Shown one piece after another: positions 5,872 through 8,021 of a stretch of 8,021 nt of DNA (position 1 is the stretch's first letter; every line of letters starts with the position of its first letter). The position numbers and the translations under genes were made by a program. The stretch comes from a virus. Taxonomy: Monodnaviria > Loebvirae > Hofneiviricota > Faserviricetes > Tubulavirales > Inoviridae. The stretch covers positions 1-8,021 of the IMG/VR virus record IMGVR_UViG_2695420487_000001. One strand, written 5' to 3'. Below the pieces are notes generated by a model that worked only from the letters and a program-made list of their open reading frames with translations, was not told where the DNA came from and made no database searches.

Positions 5872-7137
5872 ATGCGTTTATTTTTCATTGCTATCTTATT
5901 CACTTATTCTTTTTGCGTTTCTGCTGAAACTGTTAACCTGAATAATTCATCCGTTCGCTCATTTGTCCAGTGGTATTCATCAAAAACTGGCAAGCCCGTT
6001 ATTGTTAATCCTGATGTTAAAGGAACCGTAACGGTATTTAATGCTGATGTTAATCCCACAAATATTGATAGTTTCTTCAAATCTGTACTGAATGCTAACG
6101 GATTTGTCATGCTTTCGGGTAATCCTGCAGTAGTCTCTTTGCCGTCAAAATTACCATCACAGATGGCGTCAGACCTTGATGATGCTGATATTCGGTCTTA
6201 TGACTCTTTCCCGTCTGAGCCATCTTATCAGCCAGCGCCAGTGGAGTTTACTGTCAGAAATTTTAAGCTGACAAAAGTTCGATCGTCTGATGTTCAGCAA
6301 CTGGTTAAAATTTATCTGGATTCTAATGGCGGGGGTAATGTTGTGGATTATCCTGGCAATAACTCCCTGATTGTTTCCGCACCTGATGAGCTGCTTCCCG
6401 TCCTTTCCGATTTCATCAATTCAGTGGATGTTGCCCGCGATCAGGTTTTGATTCAGTCGCTGATGTTTGAAACCAGTCTGTCGGATGGTGTTGATTTGTC
6501 GTTTGCAGCCGGTTCTGCATCCGGGCATAAAGTAGCAGGGGGCTTTAATACTTCAGCATTGGGTAGCGCATTGTCGACTGCCGGCGGCTCTTTTGGCATT
6601 TTTGATGGTAATGTTCTGGCCGTATCCCTGCGTGCGGTGCAGAGTAACTCCCGGTCTAAGGTGATTTCAACGCCCCGGATTCTTACCCAGTCTGGTCAGA
6701 CAGGCTATATTTCTGTTGGTAAAAATGTACCCTTTATCACGGGTAAAGTTACGGGTGAATCTGCCGGGGTAAATAATCCGTTTCAGACCATTGAACGTCA
6801 TGATGTTGGCGTATCTCTGAAGGTGACGCCTGTTGTTATGGGGAACGGCCAGCTTGTACTTACTATTGATACCCGCGCTGATTCCATCAGCAACGATGAC
6901 CAGGCATCTGATATTATTACGAACCAGCGTCAGATACAGACAACAGTTCAGATTAAGGATGGCCAGACGCTCTTACTTGGTGGGCTGATTGATTCATCAT
7001 CCAGCAATGCTGACCGTTCTGTACCGTTTATCAGTAAAATTCCGGTGATTGGCTGGCTTTTCAGGAGTAAAGCTGACAGTAATGAGCAACGCATTATGTA
7101 TGTTCTGCTGACCGCTCATATTATTCGCGCGCTTTGA
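5872..7137 (+). CDS. gIV: Outer-membrane secretin pIV (phage assembly/export channel), 421 aa
   Basis: Start chosen at MRLFFIAILFTYSFCVSA (signal peptide) with AGGAG about 10 nt upstream; the track ORF start at 5779 lies inside gI. Secretin blocks closely match remembered M13 pIV: VIVNPDVKGTVTVF, SGQTGYISVGKNVPFITGKVTGESAGVNNPFQTIERHDVGVSLKV, DGQTLLLGGL, VPFISKIPVIGWLF. Confidence 0.95.
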   Translation: MRLFFIAILFTYSFCVSAETVNLNNSSVRSFVQWYSSKTGKPVIVNPDVKGTVTVFNADVNPTNIDSFFKSVLNANGFVMLSGNPAVVSLPSKLPSQMASDLDDADIRSYDSFPSEPSYQPAPVEFTVRNFKLTKVRSSDVQQLVKIYLDSNGGGNVVDYPGNNSLIVSAPDELLPVLSDFINSVDVARDQVLIQSLMFETSLSDGVDLSFAAGSASGHKVAGGFNTSALGSALSTAGGSFGIFDGNVLAVSLRAVQSNSRSKVISTPRILTQSGQTGYISVGKNVPFITGKVTGESAGVNNPFQTIERHDVGVSLKVTPVVMGNGQLVLTIDTRADSISNDDQASDIITNQRQIQTTVQIKDGQTLLLGGLIDSSSSNADRSVPFISKIPVIGWLFRSKADSNEQRIMYVLLTAHIIRAL

Positions 7138-7287
7138 TGGGGCCGTGGCGGGTGCGTTAAGCCCCGGTATGGCCACATCAAGAGCCGGATTTTACGTTTC
7201 ACCACGGAGCCTCTATATGGCCTTAAAACTGACAGGATATGAACAGAAAGACATCTTCTAGGTAATTCAATTACTTAGAGGTTTTTT

Positions 7288-7536
7288 ATGTCTGTAAAAA
7301 GCAGGGTGCGCGATCGACTCCCCAGTGGTCGCATGAAGTCTTACCGTCGTGTTAGTTCACATTTTACCAGTTGTTCCAGGTGGTTTGATAAATCACCGTC
7401 CTGGTATCGCAATATGATGATGACCCGGCCAGAGCGCCGTGAAGTCAGAAAGCTTCTTAATCAGGTCTTGCGTGGTCGTGATGCTGACGGTATCGCATTT
7501 CCTGTCAGTAACAAGCCGTTTGCATGGTGGTGGTGA
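7288..7536 (+). CDS. Hypothetical small basic Arg/Trp-rich protein, 82 aa (accessory ORF between gIV and the dif-like site)
   Basis: Intact ORF with GAGG about 7 nt upstream of the ATG. High Arg/Ser/Trp content and the ending …FAWWW; no family recognised. It lies in a segment that looks GC-richer than the phage body. Coding status not verified. Confidence 0.4.
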   Translation: MSVKSRVRDRLPSGRMKSYRRVSSHFTSCSRWFDKSPSWYRNMMMTRPERREVRKLLNQVLRGRDADGIAFPVSNKPFAWWW

Positions 7537-7916
7537 ACTTTTTAGCCGCTAAAATTTAATGCTTACGAAGTTATCGTAAACTCCGGTCAGTGACAAAACT
7601 CGTTTTGTTGCTGTCCGGGGTTGGCCAAGCCGTACAGTTTTCATTTTGAGCGTTATAGCTGATTCGGCGCGGCAGCGTTCATCTTATCTGACATTGTGGC
7701 TGTATTTCTGGGGAAGGTTTCATGTATCAGGTACAGATTTACCAACTGCAACTGGATGAACAGGCCTGATTGGTGAGGTCAGGCCGTTCACTTACTGCTG
7801 ACAGACATTTGATTCTGATTCGTCTGGAGAAACGGATGATTTTGAATCACTGTCGATAGTTGCCAGTTGACGCCAAGTGTCAACGATTCCCGCCAGATTC
7901 TGCCATCCTTACCATT

Positions 7917-8010
7917 GGTGCGCATAATGTACGACTCGTTATGTTGAAAAGGCCGCTGCGAAAATCGAATCCCGCAGCGGCCTCTTTAGCATAACGTCAT
8001 TGTGCGAACC
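7917..8010. other. dif-like XerC/XerD recombination site pair in inverted orientation forming a roughly 94-nt imperfect palindrome (candidate attP / integration junction of an IMEX-type filamentous phage)
   Basis: 7917-7927 GGTGCGCATAA equals the E. coli dif XerC arm 11/11. It is followed by tgtacgactcg and by TTATGTTGAAA (7939-7949; dif XerD arm TTATGTTAAAT, 9/11). An inverted copy lies at 7984-8010: ctttagcataa (9/11 to the reverse-complemented XerD arm), then ttgtgcgaacc (9/11 to the reverse-complemented XerC arm). Between them is a perfect 10-bp GC stem. Confidence 0.65.
7951..7982. other. Central GC-rich stem-loop of the palindrome (ggccgctgcg / cgcagcggcc, 12-nt loop); could also act as a bidirectional terminator
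   Basis: 7951-7960 and 7973-7982 are exact reverse complements. The stem is followed by tcttt on the + strand and ttttcaac on the minus strand. Confidence 0.5.
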
Positions 8011-8021
8011 AAAAATCTCAA

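Larger units (their letters stand above)
683..8010 (+). mobile_element. Ff/IKe-like filamentous phage (Inovirus) genome or prophage: repressor, replication module, full structural and assembly module, dif-like att region
   Basis: Complete canonical inovirus gene set in canonical order, plus the dif-like site at the right end. The left boundary is uncertain: the membrane-protein gene 162..584 may or may not belong to the element, and no dif-like site was found in 1..682. Confidence 0.7.

Noticed and set aside
5904-6110. 68-aa minus-strand ORF inside gIV
   Set aside because: Antisense to the well-supported secretin gene.
7138-7287. GC-rich dyad symmetry immediately after gIV as packaging signal or terminator
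   Set aside because: Several short complementary segments (ccgtgg / ccacgg, gggg / cccc) are visible but I could not define a convincing single hairpin by eye. Needs computational folding before any call.

Overview
The window is almost entirely one filamentous-phage (Inovirus, Ff/IKe-like) genome, most likely an integrated prophage or a linearised replicative form. Gene order on the + strand is canonical: gII (with in-frame gX), gV-like, gVII, gIX, gVIII, gIII, gVI, gI (with in-frame gXI), gIV. Products were recognised by eye from remembered fd/M13/IKe protein sequences (pII CRI-type initiator, pVIII major coat, pIII N1-like and C-terminal domains, pVI, pI Zot-like ATPase with Walker A, pIV secretin); no search was run. 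Three things are not part of a classical lytic Ff/IKe genome. (1) A divergently transcribed HTH (XRE/Cro-C1-like) repressor gene sits upstream of gII, followed on the same strand by a 4-TM membrane protein gene. (2) A roughly 94-nt imperfect palindrome at 7917..8010 is built from two inverted dif-like XerC/XerD sites around a GC stem, resembling a CTXphi-type attP for XerCD-mediated integration. (3) A small arginine/tryptophan-rich ORF lies in a GC-richer segment between gIV and that site. Gene III is split between two reading frames near 3644..3648, and its product has an unrecognised ~130-residue N-terminal domain ahead of the fd-N1-like motif. No rRNA, tRNA or CRISPR array was seen.
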